64,000 nucleotides of DNA, taken from positions 5,766,001 through 5,830,000 of the forward strand of contig OZ193909.1 in the NCBI GenBank assembly GCA_964276515.1. Direction: 5' to 3'. Made by a program: the position numbers and the translations under genes. The DNA is from Gordius albopunctatus. Lineage: Eukaryota. The notes beneath the pieces were generated by a model. That model saw only the letters and a program-made list of their open reading frames with translations, was not told where the DNA came from and ran no database searches. Below, one piece after another: positions 1-14,000 of the stretch (position 1 is its first letter; every line of letters begins with the position of its first letter).

Positions 1-301
1 TGTTTTATGAGCAAAAGTTCACAAAAACAGAAAAAAATGACGCGACGCTCGTATTAACATGCATTCGTTTTAGTTGCATCTATGCAAAATCGCATGACGC
101 GCACCCTTATATCGATATCTCCGTTGTTTTCACCTACGTATAATAGATGTCTGCTAGTGGTGGATGCTCCCTCCCGTTGACTTTATTATCGCCCGCTACT
201 ACAATGTCCGTCCCCTCCGCTTTCGCCTTAAATTTTAATAGCCCAGGAGCGGGAGGGGGCGTTTTGCTCTTAACGACAGTATATGATGAGTTAGAATCTG
301 G

Positions 302-517
302 TTCAATTGACAAAAGTTCATTTGTAAAAATATCTAAATATCTAAACTCCCACGCATTTTAAATTTTTCAAGTGTATGATATCAAAAGCTCAATTTGTTT
401 TATCCCAAAAAAACAAAGAACAGCAGGATGACATCTCACATGAAGGTAACTTATAATTATTAGCACTTATATTTTAGATATTTAGAGATTTTTACAAATG
501 AACTTTTGTCAATTGAA
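302..517. repeat. 45-bp inverted repeat with a 126-bp spacer
   Basis: 302-346 TTCAATTGACAAAAGTTCATTTGTAAAAATATCTAAATATCTAAA is the reverse complement of 473-517 with 1 mismatch. Confidence 0.9.
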
Positions 518-2601
518 ACGATACGGATGAGTTATGCCTAATTTTTCTAAATTTACGAAAACCCACGTTTTTTATTTTGATCTCCCTATCGAAACTCCGT
601 TTTTAATCACAACTTTATTTTTTGAATGCTAAGTTAAGAGGCATTCTCGCACCGGTATTCGTACGTGATGAAAGGCATATATAAATTATTGTTTTACTGC
701 CGATATAGTTATAAAGCAAATAAAAAATAAGTTAGGTTCAACCAATTACAAAGGGTTTTTGCATTAAAAAATTTTTTTCCATTAAGGGAAAGAGCAAATT
801 TTTTTTATAAAACATTATTTTTATGGGTAAATCATCTGTATGCATAAATTAACAAACAAATCCCGCAATTTAGTGTTGCCACATTTTCTCTAAACCCACT
901 TAGGTAATAATATAAGAAACTTACACAAATTTATGCTAAAATATGTGTCCGCTCTTTTCGCTTTGGGATTTAAATTACTTTATGGACCCCTGGAAGTCTT
1001 AGGACCGCCGAGATTTTTAACCAATCGATACAATAATCTTCGAATCAATCAATATTAATGCATGTCGTCCCTCCTTCTAAGCGCGCGACAGCACATCATT
1101 ATAAATTCATCCTTGCCCCTTCTCTCGTCCCTATCATCTACTACCCTCTATGCTGCTATGGTGCTAAAATTATGGATTTAATGTTGCCTTAATGATGGAC
1201 ATAGTTCATGAATTGTCGTCGAATGATAATAAAATTCTCGGTGGGGATGCCTTGGTGGCGATGCGAATTAATTTTGTTGCTGTGGGCAGGTTTATAATGA
1301 ACAGCTATTTACAGGGTATATTTTTCATCAGGATATATGTTTGTTTTGTGGAGGCCGTAGCTAGCTATACTAAGGAAGGAGCGTTGTAAAAATGGGGCTG
1401 GTCTTTGTTTGGGCGACCTTTGCTTTTAGTCGAGTAAACATTAGCAGACCAATTTTCTCTCATTAATTCAAGTTGAGGGTAGTTATGCAGGAGGAGGGAG
1501 TCGGCAGATTTTTTTGAGTGAAATATTTTGGTTGTTTGATTGGATATTTTTATATGAAAATAATTATAAAATTTTGTCGAACATGCGTCTGCTATTTTTG
1601 ATGAGTCGCTTCAGTTAAGGTGTCCGAAATTATCTTATTCGCAAACCCTCGAAAGCTCTTTAATACTTTGCTGGTCACATTTCAAAAACAGCATCGGATG
1701 GTAAAGGGCGGTCCTAAGTTCCTCCAAGCTCGAAATAGCTATTTTTTGAAACTTTATTATCCAGTATTTGGCGTGGGGGAGGGGCAGCCATCTTTTACTG
1801 CCTACCCCTGGTTGCGTCGATGTATGTTGCAATCAGTTTTTCTTTAATTTAGTCGCCAAAATCTTTTATGCGAGTAAGAAAGATCACAAAAATACTTGTT
1901 TTTTTAAGCTCAAAAAACTTTTAGAGCTTGTTAAATATCTAAGAATATTTCTTCCTTGAAAATTAAAAATTTGGCGCGCTCCTAAGTGTGACCAAAAGAA
2001 CATGACGCACTCTTGATAGGCTAGTTTCCTTCGCCCCGGTTGTTTGGCTAGTTAATTAATTTTATGAAACACGAAAGATTCTATTGTCTGTCAAGCCTTC
2101 GTTCTTCCACGACAATTGTAGCTTAGTTTTATTAGTCACCACTTGTGTTGTAAATACGACGGATGGGTTTACCCTTCATTGTCATTAATTTTTTGACCCG
2201 CCCGCTAATACTTCACAATTTATATACGCGCACAAATTTTAGGCACGAAAATATTGGTGGGAAAGGCTGGTGTAATTGGATTAAGACGGTCGGTCCGTCC
2301 TTTCGTCGTGTTTCGCGCATATCGGAAATTTCCATTGGAAATTGTAGCGCAAGACTACATTACATACACTACTAAATCATCGTTTGTTTGCGATGAATGT
2401 CCGTCCCAGCTAAAATAATTTTGCTATTTCCCTTAATTTTTTGACGAATTGAAATGTCATTTTTCACACCAAGTTTTTGGATCACAGTTAAGTAGCGGGG
2501 AGTCGATAAATTTATTTAAACTATTAGTAAACGTTTTTTTACAACATTATAGAAATTTGCTTTTTAAACTTCACGCAATTATTAATTATCATGTGGTTAA
2601 G

Positions 2602-2743
2602 CATGGGCATAGCGAGGATTGGAACTAGAGGGGGGGGCAAAAATGCTTTAGAGAAGGGCAAAATAATATTTTTATTAAATTTAAACCATGATTATATTAA
2701 ATTTTTAGGGATTTCTGGGTTTCCCTCCCTGACAACCCCCATG
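2602..2743. mobile_element. hAT-like MITE, same family
   Basis: CATGGGCATAGC...GACAACCCCCATG with a G-run; degenerate flanks TGGTTAAG / TGTTAAAG. Confidence 0.55.
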
Positions 2744-5052
2744 TGTTAAAGGTTTGGAATTGAAATAAGTTTTTAGATATATCAAGATAACCGAAATATC
2801 ATAATTTTTTAATTAATATAAGCTAACATTAAAATCTCATTAAAAATTTTTCGACCGGAAGGAAACATTTAATTTGTTTTGCCAATTTAATTAAAATTCG
2901 TTGTATATCAAACGGTTTTCCATTTACTGATTGTATATTTATAAAATTTAAAATGGGGGGGAAGCTTTAAAAAGCAATTTTACCTTATGAAATAATAAGT
3001 ATAATAAAAAAATCTAATTTACTATTACAATGGTCCGAGCGCTAAAATCGTTTGCTCTTCTCCGCCCATTTCATAATTTGCCACGTGTGCGCAATTTATC
3101 CATTTAATGTCGGTCGACAATTGAATTATAGGTCAGGACCTTTGGTCCGCCCTCCCCCTAATTATTAATTTATCGATTTGCCATACATTAATCTAACATT
3201 AACCCGACAAAGAAGAATTATCTTCTTTATTTTAGACCAAAAAAACTAATCAAATTTAACCCTTATCATCCTCTTGATCCTCGATTTAGATGGACTAATA
3301 TCTTATTCCACTAATGCTAGGTAATTCGCTTTATAATTAGTAATTCCGATCGGAAAATTTAAGGCCTCTAATTAAAGTCTGTGGTAATAATTAGAGTTAG
3401 AATATATGTTGAGTATTCTTAAAATTCAAATAAAAATAGCAACATTTTAAATCTTTGGGCCCATGTTTATTATTCGAGTTTAATGTGAACCTACTATATG
3501 TTCTACTTCTAATACAAAATTACAAACTTGTCGCAAATTTACCAAAGCCACTATAAATAAACATTGGTTTGGAAATGAAATGTAGTGGACGCATGCCGCC
3601 GCACGAATACCTTTTACTTTTTTATAGTCACGATGTTAATGGATATTTTACACTAAAAAGGGTTTTATAGTTTAAAAGTGCCCCCCCCCCTTTTTTTACG
3701 ATTTTCTTTGCAACCTTTACCATTGCAACCTAGTTGATTATTACATTACTTTGCGCTCACTCGCAAACCTAAATCACAAATTATATGTTCGGACATTCGT
3801 TTTAACGCCGTGTACGTATAAAGAGGAATATTCACTTAAATATCGCCTCAACGTTGATATAAATTATTTCCCGCCCGACACGCATCAAAGGGCTAAAAGT
3901 AAGTTTACTGAAAATCGATTTAGCATGCATTTTGTCGAGGAGCTCCGCTTTCGGAATGTGTAATTAAACCCATTTGTCCTAATTATAACAACCAAACGCT
4001 CAGCCTGACTCCTTCTCCCCTTTGTGGTCGCACTGTCTCCTAAATCACACCAACTCTAGCTTAGTCTCAGAATATCGTAAGGGGGGACCAAAGGGATTTT
4101 TATCCGATTAAATTAAGGGGGCGTTATTATTAGTATTTCGTGCGCGCTCCTAACTCCTAAGCTTGTCTATCCTACATCCTATGTAAAAATTTTTGATTTA
4201 AGAAAAATTTGTTTGAATCGGACTATTAAAATTTTATGAATTATACGAGTGGAATAATGTGAACAGATAAAACTAAGTGTTGAACTAAGTTTAGAGCAGC
4301 CCTGCAAAATTAATTTTTTGACCTCTATCGTAAATCCTGATTTAATTTTTGGCCAACTAGTTTTTAATTGTTTTGGGCGCTTTTATATATTTTTTTTTCA
4401 TTTTTAGTTTTGTATAGACTATTATATAAAGTAACACGAGTAAGAATTTTGAGGGCCGTTCTAATTAATTTAAATCATAGCCACCTAATTCAAAAACTAA
4501 ATTTGTTCATTAATTTACGTTTAAAATTTTACATATTATTCCTGCCTACAAGATTTATAAGGTTTCTCTGAAAAATGTACCAGTTCGTACCTAGTCAAAT
4601 GGGTTCTTTGCAATAGGCGTGGCCAGGATTGAATTTAGAAGGCGGCAATAATGATTTAGTTAGATGATAACTTTAGTCATAATTATGTTAAATTTTGAAG
4701 ACTTTTTGGGCCTGCGATCCCCTCGCCTATTCTTTGGACCCCCTTTACTGTCTGTGTTTGTTAGTATTTTTAAGCTCACCGTCGGAGTGTAAATGAAGGG
4801 AAATTAACATTATTATTATTATCTATCACCACCTAATAAAATTCTAATCGATGTGTATTAAACAGTTTTTCACCACTTATCTCTTCACTTTTCATCGTAA
4901 CCTCCATAGGAATCAAAAATTTACACGCATATTAGGCCTCATATTCGAATTTTATAGCTAAAAAATCTTTTATTTTTTCTTTATCACCCGCAGAAATATT
5001 TTGGCTGTTAAACGGGAAAATATATGAAATGCTGTAAATCGAAGATAGGACT

Positions 5053-8000
5053 ATGACAATATTTTGCAAAAGACACGATGCCCTCACACCTGGTGCAGGA
5101 GGGGAAGATGACGTCATGATTCGCATTCCTGATCCCCCACCACCTCCAAAAGGGGCGGGACCTTTGGGGGGAGTCAAGGATTTATACACAGTCAATTTGA
5201 GTTACCGCCCCTCTTCTTCCGGTCCACATCAGCCTTGCTATGAGGAATACGCTTCGTCCGCACCTACCCTCAACGTGAGTTCAATCCCGCTAAATACCTT
5301 TGGCCTTGAATTTTTTTCTTAGATTTGAACTCTGTCCAGGGAAAAAATTTATTTAAGGTTTACATAAAATTAGGCCCAGAAGATAAAGGTTTTAAACCTA
5401 TTATATAATAGCATTATTAATTTTATAATATTAGTCAGACTTTATAGAGTGAAACATCTTCATAGTTATGCAGTTATAATAGCTCTTTCGGTTAGTTATA
5501 AATTCGGATTAATATAGCATTTTCTCGATCCCGGTGAAAATTCAAAGCTTTTCTACTAATTTTTATCAGTTAACTTAGGGTGAGTTTAGCAAAATTTACA
5601 GCCATACTTCGTGGCCGTTTCGCTTATCCCCATAACAACTCCCATTTCAATTAATTCATTTATAAGAACTTTGGTTGGTTATTTTACATAGGAGACGGGC
5701 TCTACCATTGGTATAGGGTCGGCATCGACGGCCGCTTCATCCTTTGGTAGCGGAGCCGCTTTGGGCTCGGGTCGTGAGCTGGTCGAGCGCAAAACCCAGC
5801 AGAGGACCACTCAGCAGGTATCTCGCCAAATACTTTAACCCATTACCGCCCGCCGTACACGTTTGTGTACACCTCTTCGGAGCGTCATTTCGTGTATTCT
5901 TTTTATGATAATTATGAAAATAATTGCTTATTTTAAAACTATATGATAATAATGAACTATAAAAAAATAAAATTTGGCAATAAGGCTTAGATAAATGTAA
6001 TTGGTTTATCATTGTAATATGGATTTGAAACACACTTAATTAGGTAAGATATTATTATTATCGTTTTTTATTATAAATAAAAAAATATTTTAACTTTTTT
6101 TGTTGTTGTTATGTATATATAGACCCTACTATTACGTTATGTACTATTATTATGGCAATATTTTTTAACTACGGTGTGCTGGGTTATATTTTATTGCACT
6201 GTACAAAAGCGTGTACAACGGGCACCTGTCGTCAATAATTGTTTAGTTTGTATTGTTGTAAATTGCTGTCATACATACTTTGTCATAACAGTGACTCACG
6301 GATTTGCATATTTTCAACGGAAGTAAACAAAGCATACAAAAAAATATTGTAGAATCAATGATTGATCACAATCCTACAATGTTGTTTGAAAAATTTTTTG
6401 ATAAAGATGTTATGGACTTGATAGCAGAAAATAGTGTTTTGTATGCAGGAGAAAATGATCGCCATAATTTTGAATTGAATCGTGAAGACCTGAAAGGTTT
6501 TTTGGGAATATTGATGCTAACTGGATATCATGAATTGCCTATGAACTACTGTAGTTTGGATGAAGATCTTGGAGTTTCATTGGTCGCAAGGTTTTTGGAC
6601 ATAAAAAGAAACCTGCACTTCGTCGACAATTCTCTAGCTGCACATTCGACTGATAAAATGTTCAAAGTGAAACCGTTATATAATCTCATTCAGAGAGATT
6701 CGTACCAGTGGAGAGTTTTTCATATTTTGGCCGTCATTCAGCGAAACAATTTATAATGGGAAAACCCGTGCGATTCGGCTATAAGAATTTGGCTGCAACA
6801 AGCTCTGATGGCTACTGCTACACATTCGATGTTTATTGTGGCAAGTCATCTACTGATATTCCTGTTGATCCTCTCGGCGTGAGAGTCGTAAAATCTCTGC
6901 TGGCAAAGATGCCGATTGTCCCAAGTGAGCATATAGTGTATTTCGATAACCTTTTCACGAACTATCAGTTATTGCATGATTTAAGACTTTTGGGCTACAG
7001 GGCCACAGGCACAATCGGGAAAATAAAACGAAGAAATGTCCACTCAGCACTGTATAAATGATGAAAAAGCGACCCAGAGCAGAATATGATTACCGATTTG
7101 ATTTGAAAAATGAAATATCAATTGTACACTGGAAAGACAACAATGTAGTCACTATAGGAACCAACTATGACACTATAGAGCCTCAGGGAAAGTAAAAAGA
7201 TGGTGCAAGCTTCAAAAGCAAAAGGTGGAATTTGATGTCCCAAGACTAATAATAAACTACAACAAAAGAATGGGTGGCGTCGATCAAATGGACCAGTATA
7301 TTAGTATTTACAGAGTGCCTATAAAAGGAAAAAAATGGTGGTGGGTAATATTTACCTATATCCTAGATATGGCCATATCCAACGCTTGGAGACTGCATGT
7401 TTTACTCAGAAAGACTGGAAAGGTGACATACATGGATCAATTATTATTCAGACGTACGATTGCTCGAGGATACATACAACGAAAAAAACTAAAAGTCGTC
7501 CACCGTCACCAACAATACTTGGACTGGAGCGTAAAAATAGCGGTCACAACCCCGAGCGCATGGAAAAACCATTGCGTTGCGTCATTTGCCACAATCGAGG
7601 TCGCTGGCGTTGCGTGCTTTGCGAGAAAACTTTTTGTGTAGAGCGAACTTGCTTTTGACAATATCACTCCTAATCCGCCCATTGTACACAGCCGTGTACA
7701 CCCCCTTATTTTCATTGTTTCATGTTTTTATTCAATTTTTTTTCCTAATATTTTTCTGTGCTCAATATCTCACAATAAATACCATTAAAAAATAATTTTA
7801 ACATCTAGTTTTCTTTTGGGCGTTAAAGGGTTAATCACCAACTTCTTTTATATATATATGCGTGTCGTTATTTTTGTTTTCGGGGGATTATAGTAGTAAG
7901 AATAAGAAATATATATTGGATTCCCTCTTTTTTAAGTTCTCACCAGAAAACTGATAAGCAAAACCTAGGGATAATGTGATTAGATTTCTGTAAAGCAGTG

Positions 8001-11000
8001 CTGTAAGCACGGCTCGGTTTTGTTTATTTCAGTGGACTCAACAACATAAACAGACCAACGTTTTTTCGTCTGCTTTCCTACGTCCACCTCTAAACTTAGT
8101 AAAAATTTAAGAAACAGACCAATAAAAAAAGGATTCACGTCGATCGCAAAAACAAAGGGCGTGTGTGATATTTTTTAAGCATAGCCTCCCCCCCCCTCAA
8201 TCTTTTGAAATATGATAATTTTATATAACACAAAAATCGATTCGATGATCAAAGCACACCCCCCCCCCCCCCCAGCCCCTCCTTTTCCAAAAGTTTTTTC
8301 AAACCATGATGGCCATATTAAAATCGTCCGGAGCCCGTCCCTCATAATTTTACGCATATTTCTATTGATTTTTGAGACCGCCGTTTCTGTGATTATTTCA
8401 TTTTTCGTATATTATTATTGGTACAAATAGGTCACTAAGGTTACCAAAGTATACACGACTAGACGCTACGAAGGCTTGGCCCCATCGCCTCTGGCCGCGG
8501 GTACCATAGATTTAGCCCATCACCACCACCACCCATCTCGCGATTCCCATAAAATGGAGAGTGCTGGTATTACTATGGACCGTCAATTAGTTAGTCACAA
8601 ATTTATATTTATTATTATGTAAATGTATGTATGGGGTTAGAGAAAAGTTTGCCTTAGCGTGTTTATATAAAATAAAGCTTTATGCGAAAATGTGTAAAAT
8701 TAATGTGCAGGCATAGAACCATGGATCGGAATTGCTGCCACGGTGAATTTCTACTCAATATAAAAATATTCTTCGGGGTCGTGCATGGGCTAAGCCAAGA
8801 GGGTGCGCGGAGGCGCGGCTACCCCCTCTTAATTAAAAAATGTATTAAAATTATGGGTAAAATTTTAAAAAATGTTTATTTCGCTCCTCCCTAAATGATT
8901 ATTGCCCTTCTCTAATTCCAATGCTGGCTACAACACCCATGGGGTCGGTAATATATTTTGATATTTGTATAAGAAATTAGCCAGTCTCGAGTCTTAAATC
9001 ACCGAGGCTCGTGCGTGGCCACTAATGGGAAGAAAATTAAATGGTTGAGCTATTTTGATTTTTCCACTTTCCTTCTCTACTTAGAAGAGATGAGGTCGGG
9101 CGGGAGAGCCGATAACAACAATTTATTATTTTATTTCGTGAACGAGTTTAGGGGAAATATTGAAGCTTCGGGTCGGATTTAGTTAAAAATAGTTTTGCGG
9201 GGCTACGCATATTTTACATTTTCGACGAAAAATTCTGATTATTTCTGTTAGGGAGTTGGATTAGCATATTATTTGCAAACTTAAAATTTACTATATATAG
9301 TTATCGGCAGGTGCGCTTCGGTTATTTATGTATCGGGTAGGGGTTGAAAAAAATATACTTTGCAGTTGCCCACGATTATAATTTTTGGTTTTATATAAAA
9401 CATTAACAAATCTTAGCAGCACTCACTCACATCCTTGTTGTTGGGCTTTTGTAAAGGCTTTTCATTTCCACTCAACGAAAATCGAGGGGTCGTAAAATGT
9501 GTCTGTCTCTCTTGTGTGTGGTGGTGAGTTCATTAATTCACAAGCAAGGCGGCGCGACGCCTGTTAGCGAACGAGACGAGGTGCAGTATATAAAAGCCGT
9601 CGTGATGAAACTATTGTATTGTGCTGCTGCTGAGCGAGGAGTGTTGGTTGAGTGAGTATTTCTTAATGCCCTTTCGAAAGGCTTAGTTAATAGGAGGGTT
9701 TGCCCCTCGAGATTAACGTTAATCCTAATGAGTCTTGCCCCCCTTTGCCCCCCCCTCTCATTTTTCCATTGTTTTTCTTTCGCGCTTTTAACGATAACGA
9801 GAGGGTCAAAGTTCAAAGTCTACACACAACAGCCCAAAAACCTTTTACAACTTCCCCTCCATGGGCTTAAAATTTTGCGAGCAAGAAATTTGGGCTTTTA
9901 ACGCTTTGTTATATAGGAGATTATCTCCATGCATCGTGGAAGTTGTATATAGTGTAGGGTCTCAACAAGTGATTACTCCATTCGAATAAACAATAAGAGG
10001 TTGATCTGCAATAATATTTGTGTCTTGTTGGTTTTTTTTCATCAAAATTCGTATTAAACTTCAGTAGAGGCTTACATGGATGGCCCGAAACCCGATCGGT
10101 TGAAAGTTTAACCCTCGAGAGTATTCCTGAAAATTCCGAACGCGAGAGCATTCGTGGGGTATAACTTTACCCCACTTTTTAACTTCTTATTAAAACTTGC
10201 GTATCCTTATGTGTCCCAATATAAACTGTAGGTGACCAGCCTTTATTCTCCCCCAATTCTTTTATATAAATTGATTCAGCCGAACCGTTAATAATACCTG
10301 TCCTGTCGGGTTAAGGATTGCAGTTAAACCGTGTAGTCGTCAGCTGTTGAATTATATAAAAAATTAAAATGACCACCCTCTGGGTTTAGACTTGAAAGCC
10401 CAGTATATTGGTATCCCTTTCGTCCTAATAATTTTATACTCGCAAAAAATGTTTAAAACTTTTATTCAAGCAGATGCATGGGCGTAGCCAGCTTTTGAAT
10501 TAGGGGGGGGGGGGCAAAAAAAATTTTCCTTGACTATCCAAAAAAATTTCCGGATTCAAATTTGGCTAATTAGGGGGGGGGGCAGCGCCTTAGATTCTAA
10601 CTTTCATTAAATCCTATAGGCGAACACAACTCGTTCTCTCCATCCAGCTCTACACTTTCCACTTGGCATGCTATAATTTAAAAATTATTTGATATAATTA
10701 AACATTAAAAACATGCAATTACTATATAATGATGATACAGAAAAAATAGATGTCTGAAAACCTGTATAAAAAGTTTTTGCAATTTACTAAAAAATACTGA
10801 ATAAAGCCCAAGTCTCACAAAATTTTTAATAACTATAAAAATAATCAATATTCATAATCAGATTAATGTAATATAAAATATACCTGCATAAATTACTATT
10901 TTTAAATCATAAAATTATTTAAATAAATTTAAAGTATGTCATAAATTTTTCTGAAATTTATATATAATTAATAAATATGTCGAAAATTATTTAAGCAAAA

Positions 11001-14000
11001 CACATGAAATTTTCAAAAAAGTCTTTGCTAAATAATTAAAATACTGAAATAAATATTATCAAAGGTCAATAAATATTCAAAATAAAATTTTTTAACATAC
11101 CGTTTTTAATAAATTATGTACGAATATCCATTAAATTTGAAATTTTTAGGGAAATTAATTTGAATGTATTATGTAAGTATGTATTAATTTTAGGAATAGG
11201 AAATAAATAATGACTACACAAACACAATCGCAACTAGTAATCTCAAATTTAGATTTAATTTTACCAAAATAATTTAAATTTATGTGTAAATTCCTAATAT
11301 AAGCCTCTGTATTTATTTGAGTTAAGTTCAAACAGGGGGGGGGCAAAACATAATTCTTTTTAATTTTTAAGGGTTTTTGTATTGAAATTTTTCTTTTTTT
11401 CTAAATTAGGGGGGGGGGGGGCTCTAAATCCAAATTTATTGGAATTTATTTATTATATGGGTAAAATCTTAAAAAATGTTTATTTTGCCCCTCCCTTAAT
11501 CATCATAGCCCCCTCTAATTCCAAATTCATAATCTCATCTTAGAATTTTTATTAATTTCTAATTTATTTTGTTGTACAGGAACCGGTAGACGTATCAACT
11601 ACAATGTTAACGGGACCGCCACAAACGATAGAAGAAAAAATAATTACGGAAATGTACGATCCTTCATTCGGTTCTCCGAGGCACGAAGAAATTACCTACC
11701 GTTACAGTCCCATGCCACCGCCCCTCCCTGATCTACCTTATTCATCGTACCCCCCTGGTATGCTAAATTTTACCTACAAAAATTCATTCATTTAGTTGGA
11801 GTGTTTTTGGGAAAAATAATTGAAGCGATATTCTGAAATTAATTGGCTCCCCCCCCCTAAATTGATTTTCAAACGTTCTTGAAGTAATGAACTGCCAAAA
11901 ATTCGTTTTTTTTTGTTTGGGTTGTCTTGGAAATCTATAAAAAGCTTTTGTTTTTCTTCAGTTTTATATTTTCATAGGTTATTTGCATAGTTTGGTATCC
12001 GCATTGCACATCGATTTCTTGTACGCACTGATACTTAAAAATGTTTAAATTTTCGAATCGGGGATATGTTGTTAAGAATTTTGGCCCATATATTAGCATT
12101 ATTTACTAAATTTTACTCGGATTAAATATATATTATGGGTCGTGCGTTAGTAAGGAAAACCATGGGTTAAGCCTGAATTTGAATGATGGGGAGGGATGTG
12201 ATATGGAAAAAATGGACATTCATTTTGGTAGGGTTACTTTATTACCCTTTTTTTAAAATAAATTTTGACGACTACAATTACATTAACCTTAAAAATTTAG
12301 TATTAAGCCCTTCCTGCATTTTCGATCAGTCGCCAGTTATTTCCTTTATAAAAAGATTATTTTGAATATTGAATATGTTATTATTATCGCCGTAAAATGG
12401 AGACGTTATCTTAACATCTATAGGCATAGGGACACTGCATTTATCCTCCTCTGCCGACCGTAATGAAGGAGATTATAGCAGCGGATTTTCTTCGTCGCAT
12501 ACCCACAAATTACGCCCGTATCAAGGTAAAGTATTGATTGTATTTGATTATTTTTGGTTTTGGGGTCAAAGAGACCCCAGGCGCGTGCAATAAAATTTTT
12601 ATGTTCATAGCAATTGTAACCAACGCGATTAGCTTCTCAAATTACTTTGAAAATATATGACGTCGTATTGGTCAGATACATCTGTGACAAGATAGAGTTT
12701 AAAAATGTGTTTTGCTTTCAGCTATAAACTAAAATTGAATATTATGAGTTAATAGATCGGGGCTAAACTCAGTCCGATCTATATTCTTTAATTCTCCAAC
12801 CTATCTCAACCTACACCATAAACTAAAACTAGTCTCTAGTTGAGTCTTGTTTCGGCTAAATAATTCCTTAATAAAATTATAATGTAAACGTTTACCTCTT
12901 CACTAAAGGCAGCACTATTAAGGATAGTCAATCCTTTGTATAATTATAAACTATCTACTTGCATCCACGAAAAATCTCAAAATCAAGGAAGTTGTTTGCT
13001 AATTTATTAATAATAAGATTTTATGTATGGTGGTGTGAAGTCTTTTGTTGTTCTTAGCTTCATGATTAACAATTCTCTTTAATTTCCCGATGAAATCAAA
13101 ATCAATTAATGTCTGGTGGCCGCCATGTGATTTTTGGATTATAATCGGGCGGGGTCGCATAATATCCACTTGGCAGGAGGACTCTGTATGTAGCATCATG
13201 TGTTAATTTCATTCATTAATTCTCTCAGCGTCTCCTTCGCCTTACTCCTCCCGCCTGGTTAGCCTTTCCAACGGAGGGCCCATCATCATTCCCCCCACCA
13301 TTAATCCAGACGACGAAGATTATCCCATCTCAGAAAGCGGGGCAGGAACGCTGGAACCGCTCCGGAACGTGTCTGATGATTACTACGAACCCCGCCATCT
13401 ACGGCGCATGCTGCAGCAAGCGGCCGGGGACCGAGACGAGGAGCTGGCTATGCTATTGCGCGCCGAAGCTGGGGGTTCGAGACTCCGAGCCGGTAATATT
13501 TTTTTATTTAATCTTTTTATTAACTATTATTGGATAGATTGATAAATTGGTGTGTATTTTACGTGCAGAATAATAAGTGTTTTAATATGGACATTAAAAT
13601 ACTAGAGGTGTAGCATTACAAAATTTAGAGACCGGCGAAATCGTATTTTTTAGACTTGGCCTGGGTGAAAATACTCGACCCCGACCTGAATTTTATGCTA
13701 TTATAATTTAAAGCCCGGCTTACAATTTAAAACGAACATGGTGTAATATTATTTTTTAATACAATTTATTATAGGCATTTGGACGCCAAAGAATTTTACC
13801 ATTAATCTTTAAATGATCAAATTTTTTGTTAATAAAAGTTAGGGGAGACCGAGGCTAGTCGTAGCCCGGGGTTACTATTATCTTTCTAATTATTTTTTAA
13901 ACTAATAATGATATTAAATCAAAATTTTAACCATATGTGTATTTTTCCATAAGGTTTAAGTTAAAAAAAATTTTGTTTAGAAAAAATAAAATTTAGAATT

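Noticed and set aside
1190..1960. Cluster of short ORFs and a stop-free minus-strand stretch of about 80 codons (about 1365-1610)
   Set aside because: No recognisable protein or coherent splice chain; possibly a decayed element.
4004..4076. Possible upstream coding exon (CAG..GTAAGG)
   Set aside because: Joining it to acceptor 4993 meets an in-frame stop before 5053; at most a 5' UTR exon.
8175..8430. Poly-Pro / poly-Gly ORFs
   Set aside because: They arise from C/G homopolymer runs like those in the MITE family and show no protein similarity.
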